Under the pieces are notes generated by a model that worked only from the letters and a program-made list of their open reading frames with translations, searched no databases and was not told the origin of the DNA. Source: Peribolospora baueri (lineage: Eukaryota). Taken from it: a stretch of DNA of 64,000 nt. The stretch spans positions 62,001-126,000 of the forward strand of contig JAMDHS010000020.1 of NCBI GenBank assembly GCA_029717555.1, given 5' to 3'. This document shows, in pieces, positions 13,415 through 25,409 of this stretch (positions are counted from its first letter, which is position 1; each line of letters begins with the position of its first letter). The translations under genes were made by a program, and so were the position numbers.

Positions 13415-15125
13415 GACAACGTCATAGCGGAGGTAGCCGGGCAGGTTATAGAACGCCGTTCGAAGCTCGCTTTCGAGCGATGCGATCGCGTCGTACGATA
13501 TGCCCTTGTTATACAGGTCCACGAATCGGCGTGCGCCTGCCGAGCGCGGGGCGCGGTGGTGGGACAGAGCGTGTGAGCCATCCATTTTCTCCCATCAACG
13601 GCTCGCTTCGATTAATACGCGAACGGCGACAACCACTCACTCGTCGCAAAAGGCACCTTGGCAATGTGATAGCTCGAGCTGGTGGCCGTGCGACGGAGAT
13701 CGTGCGAGACGATGGAACGGTCGTCGACCAGCTCTTCGTCGTCCACATTGGAGAACATCTGTGTCTTGACCTGGTCTGGGTGAATGCTGTAACTGAACTG
13801 GCACGACGATGCCACGTACCAGTCCTGACACGTCAGGCTCCACCACATCCGTCGGCCGATCTCCCGCGACACGGCACCCATCCCCCGTCTGTCCGCCCCC
13901 GGAGCGTCGAGCCGGCCGAGACCCATCGCGGTGGCCATCCTGATCGCCAGACCGAGGTGGGCGTGGTGGAGGCCGCTAAAATCGCGGTTGTTGAGCCAGA
14001 GACCCATGATGACGAGCGTCTGCAACGCTTCCATCGAGTGGTACGCCGCAAAGTTGGACTGAGCGAGCGCCCTGTGGCTCGCGTGGTAGTACATCTCATC
14101 CTCCCCGTGCCCGACTCCTGTCGGCGCAGGAGACCGTCCGTCATCAAAGTGCTCGCCGAGGCAAAGGACGATGAACAGCAGCGCCAGCCATCGCGCCGAC
14201 TCGTGCCGTTCATTCTCGGCCCAGAACCGTCGATATCGTGAGAGGAATGACGGAACGTGCAGCGGATGATGGATCCATTCGACCCGATCCAGGTAGACGT
14301 CCACGAGATGGTCGCACCTTTCCTTCGATGGCAGCAGGTCGAGCAGATCGTCGTACGACCCCAGAGGAGACGCAACAGCGAGCGGGTATGCGGCTAATCC
14401 AGATTGCGGTGAAATAGTAGGAGAAGCGGACTGGCGTCTGTCGTCGGCGATCCGCTGAGATGCACCCACGAGGATGTGATGGTCGAATAGGTCGTGCATG
14501 GACACGTCCAGCTGCTGCGGACCCCGCTTGGTCGCGAGGTCAGCAAGATCTGCCAGCGTCCCCGCCGATTCCTCCAGGGCATTCGAGACCGCCCTGCCGG
14601 CGCCGTAAGAGGGAGAGGAAGAAGTTTCGGGATCGCGTACAGGTTCAGGCTCGGGCGAGGGAGAACGTTGGAGTCCCGATCGGGCGATGACTCGTTCCAG
14701 CCGCGCCACTCGTCGTTGCAGATCCGCCACGCTCTGTTCGCTGCGACCGCCCTCATCGTCGCGGTCCTCTCCGAAGAACGGGGCGGCGCCGGCGCTCCAG
14801 GTGCACGTCTCCCCTCGTCGGATGCAGTTCGAGCATTGGCGTTTGCGGTCGCACTGCGTAGCAGGCCCCAAAGGACGAAGAGAACGGAATGAGGGCCAGT
14901 TGCGGAGCACGGGCGAGAGATACGGTGTATCAGACGGCTGCAGTGTCGGCATCACGAGGACGACTCACCCTGACCTTCCTCTGACGACATTGGACGCCTG
15001 TCGCGGAGGAAAGGACGAAATGAATGATCGGGAACGTGTCTCACTCAGAGCCTGCGCTGGAGCCCCAGAGCGGAGAACAAGAAGCACTCACAGGAGAAAC
15101 TCGGTCGGCTACCAGCGCTCGCCAT
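12309..15125 (-). CDS. Zn2Cys6 transcription factor with fungal-specific TF (middle homology) domain
   Basis: Spliced N-terminus MASAGSRPSFS|CVQCRQRKVR|CDRKRQCSNCIRRGETC has the six-Cys binuclear cluster. Downstream: YLDRVEWIHHPLHVPSF, AIRMATAMGL, EIGRRMWWSL..QDW, LHRPF. Coding (CGA)n at 13379-13411 gives poly-Ser. Confidence 0.92.
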
Positions 15126-15439
15126 GAGTGAAACAAGCCGGCCTGTGCAAGTTTTGGCTTCGCGCGACGGGCGAGACAAGCTGCTGGCGGAGTGGTATGA
15201 GTGGGCGGTCGAAGTAGACGCCGCCAGATCAAGGCCAGATAAAGTGTCGCCCCACGGCCGCAGCCGATAACTCGTCCGCCGATCGCCTTCGTCGCTCGCT
15301 TGCTACCGGCATCAGCGCACCCCCAGCGGCCAATGACGGTTACGATCAATCAGGCTTACGAGCCACCACCACACATACACACACACACACGCAACGCCCG
15401 CCCGCGAGCGACGACCACATCGACGTTGAGGATGAGGTG

Positions 15440-17138
15440 ATGGAGAAGCCATTTCTGCGTCGCGCACCTCCAACCGAGCTCGCCGTCGCCTTTACGATGG
15501 CCGCACGGGCCCAATTCGTTCGGATCGTCGCCACGGGTGGTCACAGTGGCCTGGTGAGTCTGTAGTTACCTATATTAGGCCCCGGTTCAAAGGACTGCTG
15601 GACACCTGGCGTCGGCGCTGCGAGATCGTTCAGCCTGACTCGTTCGCGCTCTCGATCCTCCTCTAGGGCTTTGAAGCGCTCCGACAAATCTTCCTCTCCC
15701 CGCCCTCCACCTTTCCCGCGCCCTATCACCTCATCCTCTTCGTGCGCTCTCCCGACTCTGTCGCCGTCGCTTCCTCCATTGTCCATCTCCGCCAACTGCA
15801 GCCCGGCTCGCGCGTCGAGGCGCGCAAGCTCGACCTTGCGTCGTTGGAGACGGTGCGCTCGGCGTCGCAGGAGCTCTCAAAGGATCTGCAGCGGGAGAAG
15901 TTCGAGGGGACCGGGACTGGGAGGGCGGATCTCTTTCTGCTTTGCGCCGGAGCGGCAAAGGCGAAAAAGGAGACGACGGAGGACGGGTTCGAGGCGACTC
16001 TGCAGGTCAACCACATTGGTAGGCAGTCCGATTATACAGTCTCTCCCATCGTCACCGGCGTGCGCCATTCATTTCCTTTTCTCTTTCCCGCACCTCCACG
16101 GCTGCATACACCAGCCCACTGGCTCCTTCTATCCACCCTTAAAACCCACATCGCCGACCAGGTTCTTTGCGCCGATAAAACCTTGCCGCCCACGAGGATC
16201 GTGTTCGTCTCTTCGGACCTTCATCGGAGGGTCAGGGATGTGTGTGAGTTTGCGAACGGGGTTTTCGTTCAATCAGGGCCGATAGTTTATCAATAGATGC
16301 TTGATGAAAACCATATGTTGTGGTTCCTGATTAGCCGATCTCCGTGGATGCTGAACCTTCTCTATTTTATCGTTTAAAGCCAAGATAGATTCTTTGTTCG
16401 ATCTCTCCAAGGAGGAGTGGAGCGGAATGGCTGCCTACGGCGCGTCCAAATTGGTGCAGCTCGCCAGCATTCAGCGGTGGAGGCGAGAGTTTGAAGCTCT
16501 GTGCGAGGAGCGCGACCAGTCTGGCGATGGGCACGAAGGGAAGCTGGAACTCGTGTCCGTCACGCCGGGTGAGGATAATATCTCCTTCGCCGGAGCTGAG
16601 CTTGTCTGTCCGCGATTCATTCACGCATGTTCGCGCGCTGATCGACGTTTCACCCTTGCCCGCCGGACGGGCCTCGTCAGGCTTCGTTCCGACCACCGGG
16701 TTGGACCGAGAAATGCCTTGGTACAGCCGACTGTGGATGAAAAGCGTGATGCCTTTCCTGACCGTTATCGTGACCGGGATCTCACAAGGTGAGCGAAATG
16801 GGTCGAGCGTCGCGGTCCCTTCGTCCGCTGCACCAAACCAGGTAGAGCCGACCGATGTGATATGCTAATGGACCGGGTGCCATCATCTCGAAACCTTTGC
16901 TTTTTTCGCTCCCCTCGCTCTTCCAGCCGGCGAGGCCATCTGTACCGCTTGCACGGCGCCCTTGATCACCGTGCCGCACTCGACCGCCCGCCCGCCTTCG
17001 CCCGCGGTGACGCCGTCCGAGGACGACGGCAGACGAGTCCGCGTGGCCGCGCTCGACAAGCGTCGCGAGCTGGTCAACCCGGACGAGCGCGTCTTCGACG
17101 AAGCGATGCAGGACAAGTGGTGGCCGAAGATTGCGTGA
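15440..17138 (+). CDS. Short-chain dehydrogenase/reductase (retinol dehydrogenase/WWOX-like)
   Basis: IVATGGHSGL|GFEAL (TGxxxGxG), LDLASLETVR, TEDGFEATLQVNHI, RIVFVSS, YGASK (YxxxK), VTPG|FVPTT; ends DKWWPKIA*. Start at 15440 or 15497. Divergent from the Zn2Cys6 gene. Confidence 0.88.
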
Positions 17139-17309
17139 AAACCGTTCGGGAGATTGGCAATCGAATGGGCGCGCCCGCCGCTCTTCCTTCTTCTCCTCAG
17201 CTTCTGGCACGGTCTTTCAGGTTTCTTGGTACGCTCCCACGGTGGACGCTTCCCCTGCCGGCCGCGCAGTCCAGTTCCAGATATCACACGATATCGCCTC
17301 TATTGTATT

Positions 17310-18967
17310 TCAGAGAACGAATGTACCGACGTAGCCGATCGCGGCGGCGGTACCCAAAGCCGTGACGAAATTGACCTGGTGTGATCGAATGAGCACGATC
17401 GTTAGTTAGTGCCGGGGGCGCGGGGAAAATTAGAGAAACATTGCACTCACCGCACTGTTGCTCAAGACGTCTATGCCACTGACGGTTTCCCAGTCGTCTT
17501 TGCCGTCGTCGTCTGACCTTTTCCTTTCGCCGGCTTTGGGCAGTCGAGATGCGAGTAGGACCTTTCCGCGCGATGGCGAGTAAAGGGTGCGCTGGAGCGT
17601 GGCGCCTAGGAGGGAGTCGAACTGGCGACATATGGACAAATTAAAATAAGACTTAGAATCAGGATCAAAATTAGGATCAAGCACCCACCAAACTGCCGCA
17701 GAGACCCGCTGCGCCGGCCAATGCCACAACCTTGGCCCACTCGGCAACGCTCAAGGCTTTGCAAGAGGCGTTGCCGAAGTAGAGCGAGGTGACGCAAACA
17801 AGGCCAACGAAGAGCCCTCCAGCGAGGGAGACAAAGGTGCCAAAGGCGGTGACGCCGCCGTTCGTCCCTGGAGGCACCTGTCGAAAGGTGGTAATCAAGC
17901 GGGGCTTGGAGTTGGCAAGGATACCGAGCTGTGAAGGTGAAGAGGTGATAGAAATGGTCAGATATGCAAGACCGCATGGTCACTCCGCATTAAGGGGACG
18001 GGGGAGATGATTGACCTCGCTGGCAAGGGTATCGCCCATACACGTCGCGAAGTGTCTGAAAGCGACAACAAACAAGCAGGTCGAGGACCGGGTTAGGCGA
18101 TATGCAGTATCCCCCATAGTTGGCCTCCGACAAGAAGGGCGAAACGCGAGGTTACTCACCCGACTGCACACAGGACGAGGAACCTACTGAGTCGAAGTTC
18201 TTGCGCGGAACTAATAGCGCACCATGCCTTTCCGTCGCCGAACGGGAGCCCTGGTACCATAGGGGCGAGCTCTTGAACGGCCGATTGCAGGGAAGCGGGG
18301 AGTGAGGTGGACATGAGGAGCGACGTGGCGAAGGCGATGCGCCACAGAATAGCTGCGCTCGCACCTATTTTGGGCGAACCACGAATTGACTCTTAGCCAT
18401 ACGCCGTAAGGGAGAGGGTGAAAAGAGGAGTCCACCAGACTCACCGGTCCAAGAATTGCAAAGGACCTGAACGGCGTCCCGTCGCCCTCCGCTCGCCGCC
18501 TTGTGAGACGCTGTGCGGGAGCTCGAGCGCACGTCCGAGGCTTCCACTTCCAATCTTGCCTTGCGAGCCGCACCGACCTGGAGGGCGAAGAGGGGAAAAG
18601 AAGACGGTGAGTGCAGGACAAACGTGAAGGCGAGTTTCGATGCTTGGGAGACAGAACAAGGAGAGACAGAGCTCGCCTTAGTTGTCCTCGAGCCGGTGAA
18701 GTAGAAGGCGAGCAACAGGGCCGCCCATACGCTCAGCGGGTTCTGTGAATCGACGTTGACGCAAAGAAGAGTGCGAATGGGGATCGTGAGAGTGTGATCT
18801 CTCTCGACGAACCGACGGCCGGGACGCACCGCCAAGCTCGCGTAGCCCACGACCGCGGCCGCGACGGCTCCGTCGAGGGAGAGGGAGCCTTTTCGGAAGC
18901 CATGAGCGCCGAGGGCGAGGGCGAGGAGCAGACTGCCGGGGTAGAGGTCGCTGACGCCTATCGTCAT
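17310..18967 (-). CDS. TMEM19/DUF92 integral membrane protein
   Basis: GFRKGSLSLDGAVAA, GGRRDAVQVLCNS, ATCMGDTLASE, ITTFRQVPPGTNGGVT, DSLLGATLQ, G.DVLSN.AVNF. Confidence 0.9.
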
Positions 18968-19734
18968 TGCCTTTTTTGTATTTTTGTGGAACGGAGTGCG
19001 AGCGAGGCGCGAGGCGTGTATAATAGGCGATCGGATGAACGCGGCGCGTCGGTGCGAGAGGACGACTTCGCTTGTCGCGTCTCGTTTTACGTTCGTATCT
19101 TCCAGTCGAACTGGCGTTAACGGAGAAGGAGGACCACGTGGGTCGGACGGGCCACGTGGGTGGAGACGGAGACGTCGTCCGCCCTTTATTATCTTCCTTG
19201 TCTTTCGTTGTCTTCGGCCCGCAACCCCGTGTCGACACCGTTCCGACAGCCGTCTGCGCTTGGTTGGGCGGAGGGCGAGGGCGAGACGTTCGAACCGAAA
19301 AGGAGACGAGACTCTGATTGAAAAGCGTCCCACTCAACCTCACCTTTTCCCCGCCCGCCTCGACGGCCTGCCTAGGCCTCTGGGATGATCTCAACTGTCT
19401 CTTGCATTCACCCTCGTTTGTCCCTATATGACTTCGCCGCCGGGCGCGCTTTCTCCTAGCTTTGCTCGCTTACTCTGATAACATCCGACAGCATCATCGC
19501 GCTGACAACAACTTTCTCCTTCCTCTCAACCGCGCCACTACAAATCTGCGTCTCGAACGCTTTTTAGCTGCTCACGAGAACGCCGACGTCGTTGACCGGA
19601 CGAGGTCGTGCACGGAGGGGGTAGGGAGCTGTTTGTAAAGAAGTACGCAAAGATGATGGAGACGCTGGGGTTGGTAGAAAGGACGAGTTAGTCGACCGTT
19701 CGGAGGGATCGATCTGTTGGATTCGAGAGACACG

Positions 19735-19788
<54 letters not shown>
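19735..19788. repeat. Compound (GT)n(GA)n microsatellite
   Basis: Directly visible, intergenic. Confidence 0.95.
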
Positions 19789-19791
<3 letters not shown>

Positions 19792-20019
19792 AGCGCAAAG
19801 ACGGCGTCCTCGTATCTCCTAATGTCCCGACGTCCTCGTGTAACTGGCGTAGTGACCCAATGCCCTACCGTAGCATCGCCATGTCGTCGTGGAGCGATGT
19901 GAGGCTCGCGCTCGCTACCCGCCGGGCCGCCCCACGCCCTGCCAGTGATCGACCGCAGCGGCGACAATACCTCGCGTCCATCGCTCGTGCCCATTCGCCT
20001 TGTCGCAACGGCATTGGCA

Positions 20020-21098
20020 ATGTTCGCCGACTTGACCGAAGAGGACAAGCAGGCCTTCTTCGCCTTGCTGGACGAGTGAGCAACCCAGAGGGCTGGACAA
20101 CCCTCTTCTGACGGTCGGCCAAATGTCCGCTGCTCATCGTCTTTTCAACTCGCGTCAGGTACTTTTCTTCACGCCCCCACCTCTTCCAAGCGCGCGATGG
20201 CGTTAACCCGTCCTCCCTGGCGCGAAGAGCCACCGGCATTCTAACAGCCTCGAATGTGTCCACGCCGCCGCTTCCGAGGGCAGCGGGCTCAAGCAACGAC
20301 AATGCCGTAACGACCTCCAGCCCCCCTCCACCTCCGCCCTCGTCAACTAGACCTTCGCTCGTCGTGAGGGGTGTGCCCGGACAACAGGCCAGGTCTACCC
20401 CAACGGGCCTCTCGACAGGGAAGGTGAGCAAGCAAAGACGTTCTTTCCTCCATCACTCAATATTACCGTCTAGTTGTCTCCTTGCACATCTTGTCCCAGC
20501 GTTGTGCGACTCGCGCTCAGTCTCTGCTCCTTCGGTTTACATTTCCACTTCCCCTGTATCACTCGCCATGCAGGCCATCAGCTCCATGTCGACCGCCTCC
20601 GCATCATCCGCTTTTGGCTCGCTCGTCAACCGAACGACCCCAGAGCAAAAAGCGGCCGCCGCCAAGGCTCAAAGAGAGAAAGACGCTCCGCCGACGAGGA
20701 GGACGATGCCTCCACCGGTGAGAAGAGGGATGCAGGAAGAAGACGCGGATGCGCAGGTCGATGTGGTTGAGCACCAGGCGGAGGGCATCGGCGAGGCAGA
20801 AGCCCTTTACGACTACGCAGGCACGGTGAGTTTCCTCCCGGAACCGCAGCCATTCCTTTGTCAGACCGAGCTGAGCCACCGGTAATCGCCTTCTCTTCTC
20901 TCATCATCCTTCTGCTCTTACTCTCTTTCCTTACCTCATTCGTCTGTGACCTTTCAGGACCCGGACGATCTGGAGTTACGCGAAGGTGACAGGATCGTCA
21001 TCACGGAGAAGGTGGACGAGAACTGGTACAAGGGTATCGTTCAGGACGCCTCCGGTCGGCGCGGCATGTTCCCGGCCTCGTACGTGAAGGAGCTGTAG
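20020..21098 (+). CDS. Proline-rich protein with C-terminal SH3 domain
   Basis: MFADLTEEDKQAFFALLDE|YFSSRPHLF, a poly-Pro region, then AEALYDYAGT|DPDDLELREGDRIVITEKVDENWYKG..GRRGMFPASYVKEL* (SH3 signature). Confidence 0.88.
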
Positions 21099-21947
21099 TG
21101 CGACACTCGAGCTCGAGCTTGGGAACTTATTTACTTGGCTTGCAAATCTTCACGGGGAGACCGTCGGCTGTTGCGGGAACACCGCGGCCCGCAGAGGCTT
21201 CAGAGCGCTAGCAGATAGATGCATGCTCCTTCTGACCGGCAATGCCGACCAACAAAACGGCCTGGCTCGGCCTCTGAGTGCCGAGATGTCGCATTTTGCC
21301 GGTCAGATACTATCGGCGTCTGCAACTCGCTTTCCATACACGGGGAAGACGCACATGTTGCACGATTCAGCCACGGCGCTCCACCAGCACCGTGGGCTCA
21401 TTGTGCGCGTCACACCAAACCACAAATGGCGTACATGTGTGCCGTCGAGATGGAAGCGAGAAAGAGATTTGATTTCGTTCCAAGTGTCTATATAGGATAG
21501 TCCTATGTTGGTTACCTCCCGCGACGCCTTTCCGTTCCGAGTCGAGAGTGTGGCGTGCACAGCCGCCGCATTCGGGTTCAATTTGTTTTGCGGTTGCCAG
21601 GCAGACGCGGTTGCGCGCGCCGTTCCACACGACCAGATCGGAGGAGCGCCCACCTGGCGACCACAACGGTGACAGCAACGATTGCAGCTCTCATATGAAG
21701 GACTCTGCCTCGTGAGAGCAGTCATGTAAGAGAGACGGATCCTCTCCTCCCCTCACTCCTCATCCTCTACCATCGCCCATCCCGGCCAGGAGGCACCGTC
21801 CGCCGATCTGTTCATATTCAACCTGCTTGGCCGCGTTGATCGCGGTCCAGGGCACCTGCTTTCTTTCCATCCTTTCTTTGCTCCTTCCTCATTTCACTTC
21901 TTCTCAGCTAAAGAATCCGATCAGGCGTCTGGATAATCGACCCAACC

Positions 21948-22611
21948 ATGGCGGTCCGCAAGGCGCCTTTGCTCCTCGCCGGCCTGCTCCTTGTCTTCTT
22001 CACAATCGCCTCGAGTCTCGGCGTTCGTGGCGGCCTTTGCGCACCGGCAGGACATGATGTGGCTGCTCACTCTCTTCGTCGGGAACCTACCGGCGCCGTT
22101 GGTCCCGATCTCCGGTGGGCAAGACTGCATTCCAAGGTCTCCGTAAGGCAGGCTTGGGTTCAGCACCGGAGGGACGACAACTGCACGGGGTGTGGTCTGA
22201 GCATGAGGCGACGCGATACGGACGACAAGGACGAGAACGGCAAGCAAACCTCCTCAAGGTGAATCTGATTCGTTCTCTGTTGGACATTTTACCGCATACT
22301 GACGTCTCGGTGCGACCCGTTATCCTCCCCCGCGCCGGCCCCCCCCCCCCCCGCCCCACATCACATCAAACACGAAACCTCATTCAAGTGAGTCTTCCAA
22401 GATAGCCACAGCACCCCCGACGCTAACGCAAACCCCGGCACCAGCGCCTACGGCCTCATACACGCCCTTCCAACAGTTCCCGAAAAGCATCCAATTCAGT
22501 TCGAACGGCGATGTCGTCGATATGCTCTCTGACGTGCCGTTAATCTCCATGGGCCCATTGGCGCTAGCGTTGTCCACCCTGTTCGTCAAACTCTGGCTGA
22601 GGGCGTTTTGA
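21948..22611 (+). CDS. Putative small secreted or surface protein (orphan)
   Basis: Signal-peptide-like MAVRKAPLLLAGLLLVFFTIASSLG and three RR sites. Unspliced ORF ends at 22262; a possible intron 22259-22388 adds a Pro/Thr-rich exon with a hydrophobic C-terminus. Confidence 0.45.
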
Positions 22612-23150
22612 TTGGTGAGTTTGTTCCCTTTCTAATTTATACGATTGGCCGCGGCTGAACGAGAGTCTTGTCAATCCCTCCCTCCGTGCAACGCTTTCAG
22701 GGCCGCTCTTTTTCTGCTTCTCTCTCCTTTCTTCGCCTTCCTTGCCTCGACGATGGACCTGACCTTGTCAGCGGGTCTACGTCTCGAGCCCGTACCAAAG
22801 TTTCCGACACCTCCCAAACTTCGAACGCTCACTTAGTTATGGTTTACGATTGTAGCCATGCATGTAGAAGATATTTGAAGCGATTGCGAAGAGGGCCCGG
22901 CACAGGGAACGTAGAAGAGGAGGGGGGACTAAGCAAAGGGAAGGTCTGGTTGAAAGTGAGGCCGATAAATTCGGCAGAAAGAAAGAAAAAAAACAGAAGG
23001 TGTTGGCCGTTAAACATTTGCTTAGGGCTTGTTTCGATCAGCCCAGCATACGTTTCAGTCGCCGATTCCTTGACTCGTGCACGTAGTTTGGGGGTGGAAG
23101 GTGAGCTCTCCAATAGCCTGCCCAAAATCCGGCGAGCAGTTTTAAGGCGA

Positions 23151-23388
23151 TGTCAAGATGCCGTCGGCGGCAAGTCGGCTCTGATTTGAAGTCGAGGGCA
23201 TAGATAGGCACGTGATGATGCGTCGTCACGTATTCTTCTGCCCTGAACAACTAAACACCCTCTCCCATTTCCTCCGTCGTACACCTCTCTCTGTCTATAA
23301 GTGAGTTTTTCATGGGCACGTCATCGTCGCCCGCCTCTAGTTGGCTTTCCTTCTGTACGGCGAGCTCCACGATAGAGAGGAGATGACA
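23151..23388 (+). mobile_element. Candidate solo LTR (238 bp)
   Basis: Starts TGTCA, ends TGACA. Flanks GGCGA and GCCGA match at 4 of 5 bases (possible degenerate TSD). Internal TATAA near 23296. Adjacent to Gypsy fragments. Confidence 0.4.
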
Positions 23389-23469
23389 GCCGAGCGCGTG
23401 GGACATGACCGCGGTGGGTCATCCAGGCAGAGTCGTCGGTGTCGCTAGCCCCAAAGGTCCGCGCGCGCT

Positions 23470-24303
23470 TCGCCGAGGCCTATTCTCAGGACCGACAATC
23501 AAGACCATCCACGAGGAGTTGCGCGGTCAGAGGGAGTCGGAAGGAGGCGGCGGAGCAGTCTTCCGGGCGCGGGGTTACGCGATTGACCGCGACGACTTGC
23601 TCTACCTGATCGATCCGGTCGACGACCACCTTCGCCTCTGTGTGCCGACGCAGCTGCACAAGGAAGTCTTGGAGATTTGCCACGACCGAGAAAACCATCA
23701 AGGCGTGGACGCAACCTACCAGCGCCTCCAACGGGACTTCTATCTCCGCAGCATGTCGAAGGTTGTGCGTGGCTACGTGGCCCACTGCCCGTCGTGCGAG
23801 GTCAACCGCACGCACCGACATCCGCCCTACGGGGAGCTCCAGCCGATCTCGGCGCCGGCGCGCCCTCTGCACACCGTCACGATCGACTTTGTCGTCAAGC
23901 TCCCGCCGTCGCAGACGCCGGCACGTCGCACGATCTTCGATACCATCCTCACCGTCACGGACAAAACGAGCAAGATGATTATGCATGTACCGGAGATGAT
24001 CTCCGACCGGGATGCGCGGTTTACGTCTGCGTTCTGGAACACGCTCATGAGCCTCCTCGGTGTTCGTCTCGCCTATTCAACTGCGTACCATCCGCAAAAG
24101 CGAGCGGAGCAACCATACGGTAGAGATCACGCTCCGGTACTATGTCAACGCTAACCAGGACAATTGGGTTTCTGCCCTCGGGGACATCGAGCATGCCTTC
24201 AACAACCGGCGATTTACGGTCACGTACGTGGCTCGCTCTCAACGAGGTGCTCTTCGGTTTCCTGAAGCGGGACGCAAGTAGCATCCTCAATCTGTCCGCC
24301 CCG
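23470..24303 (+). mobile_element. Ty3/Gypsy integrase fragment, copy A (degenerate)
   Basis: HHCC zinc domain (CHDRENHQG..VAHCPSC), TIDFVVKLP, MISDRDARFTS.FW, STAYHPQ, ERSN. Frameshift near 24100 and an internal deletion. Confidence 0.92.
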
Positions 24304-24335
24304 GCTCCTGACGCCGTCGCCGTCGCATACAAGGA

Positions 24336-25000
24336 CGGGCCGGACGGATTGAGGATGCTGCCTGCGTCCCGCTTCAGGAAACCCGAAAAGCACCTCGTTG
24401 GGAGCGAGCTTCGTGACCGCAGATCGCCGGATGTTGAAAGCATGCTCGATGTCCCCGAGGGCAGAAAACCAGTTATCCTGGTTAGCGTTGACGTAATGCC
24501 GGAGTGCGATCTCCATCGTCTGGTTGCTCCGCTCGCTCTGTCCGTTGCACTGCGGTGATACGCGGTGGAGTGAGCGAGGCAGACACCAAGGAGACCCATA
24601 AGCGTCTTCCAGAACGCAGACGTGAATCGCACATCCCGGTCGGAGATCATCTTCTCCGGCATATCCCAATACCGTCGCACGCTGGCGATGAAGCACTCCG
24701 CCCATTCCTCCGCGCCCCAATCCTCCCGTCCCGGGATGAGCATGATCGCCTTGCTCGTTTTGTCGGTGACGGTGAGGATGCTGTCGAAGATCGTGCGATG
24801 GGCCGGTGTCTGCGACGGCGGGAAGCCTGACGAGCAGATAGAGGTCCCGCTGGAGACGCTGGTAGGTCGCGTCCACGCCTTGATGATTTTCTCGGTCGTG
24901 GCACATCTCCAAGACTTCCTTGTGCAGCTGCGTCGGCACACAGAGGCGAAGGTGGTCGTCGGCCGGATCGATCAGGTAGAGCAAGTCGTCGCAGTCAATC
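24336..25000 (-). mobile_element. Ty3/Gypsy integrase fragment, copy B, inverted relative to A (degenerate)
   Basis: Reverse complement reads DDLLYLIDPADDHLRLCVPTQLHKEVLEMCHDRENHQG, ILTVTDKTSK, MISDRDVRFTSAFW, GQSERSNQTMEIALRHYV, with frameshifts. Confidence 0.92.
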
Positions 25001-25002
25001 AC

Positions 25003-25110
25003 GCCAATGCCGGCCACGTCGTCTGCCTTATGTGGAACGTCAGCGGGCGCTGTAACCGCGACAACTGGCCCCGCCAGCACGTCTGCGCGGAGTGTGCGGA
25101 CCCTCGACCG
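25003..25110 (+). mobile_element. Possible Cys/His zinc-finger remnant from another retroelement gag (DIRS/Ngaro-like)
   Basis: CLMWNVSGRCNRDNWPRQHVCAECADPR resembles a CxxWN..C....C...HxCxxC finger with one Cys changed to Trp (TGG). Confidence 0.35.
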
Positions 25111-25409
25111 CGAACCTCTGTGGCTGCATCAGCACCAAGCCTGCCATCCACCCGGCGTCGCGACCAGCGGTGGCGCCTACAACATGAACGGGTCGTACGC
25201 TGTGAGGCTCGCTTTCAGAGACCTCACCCGACAGAATACCTATGCCTTCCACTTCTTAACCCGACGTAAGTTCGCGAGCGGAAGGAGACATCATTATCAT
25301 AGGGCCTTAGTAAATGGGAGGCAACAGTCGAGAGAGCGGCCATTGGCGTGTAATAAGCGCCTCGTCACGTACGCGGAACCGCTACCATTTCACGGGCGGA
25401 ACGACGGCT

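Noticed and set aside
15045..15051. Possible 7-nt micro-exon (cag|GCTCTGA|gtgaga) in the TF first intron
   Set aside because: Including it shifts the frame and breaks the Cys6 cluster; the direct splice gives the correct motif, and the flanking introns would be under 50 nt.
16300..16354. Box C/D-like TGATGA..CTGA..CTGA in an SDR intron
   Set aside because: Short, imperfect C box, and no terminal stem or rRNA complementarity that I can recognise.
23581..25000. RIP-like mutation of the inverted repeat
   Set aside because: Transitions occur in both arms, often synonymous, and the sequence remains GC-rich; ordinary divergence is sufficient.
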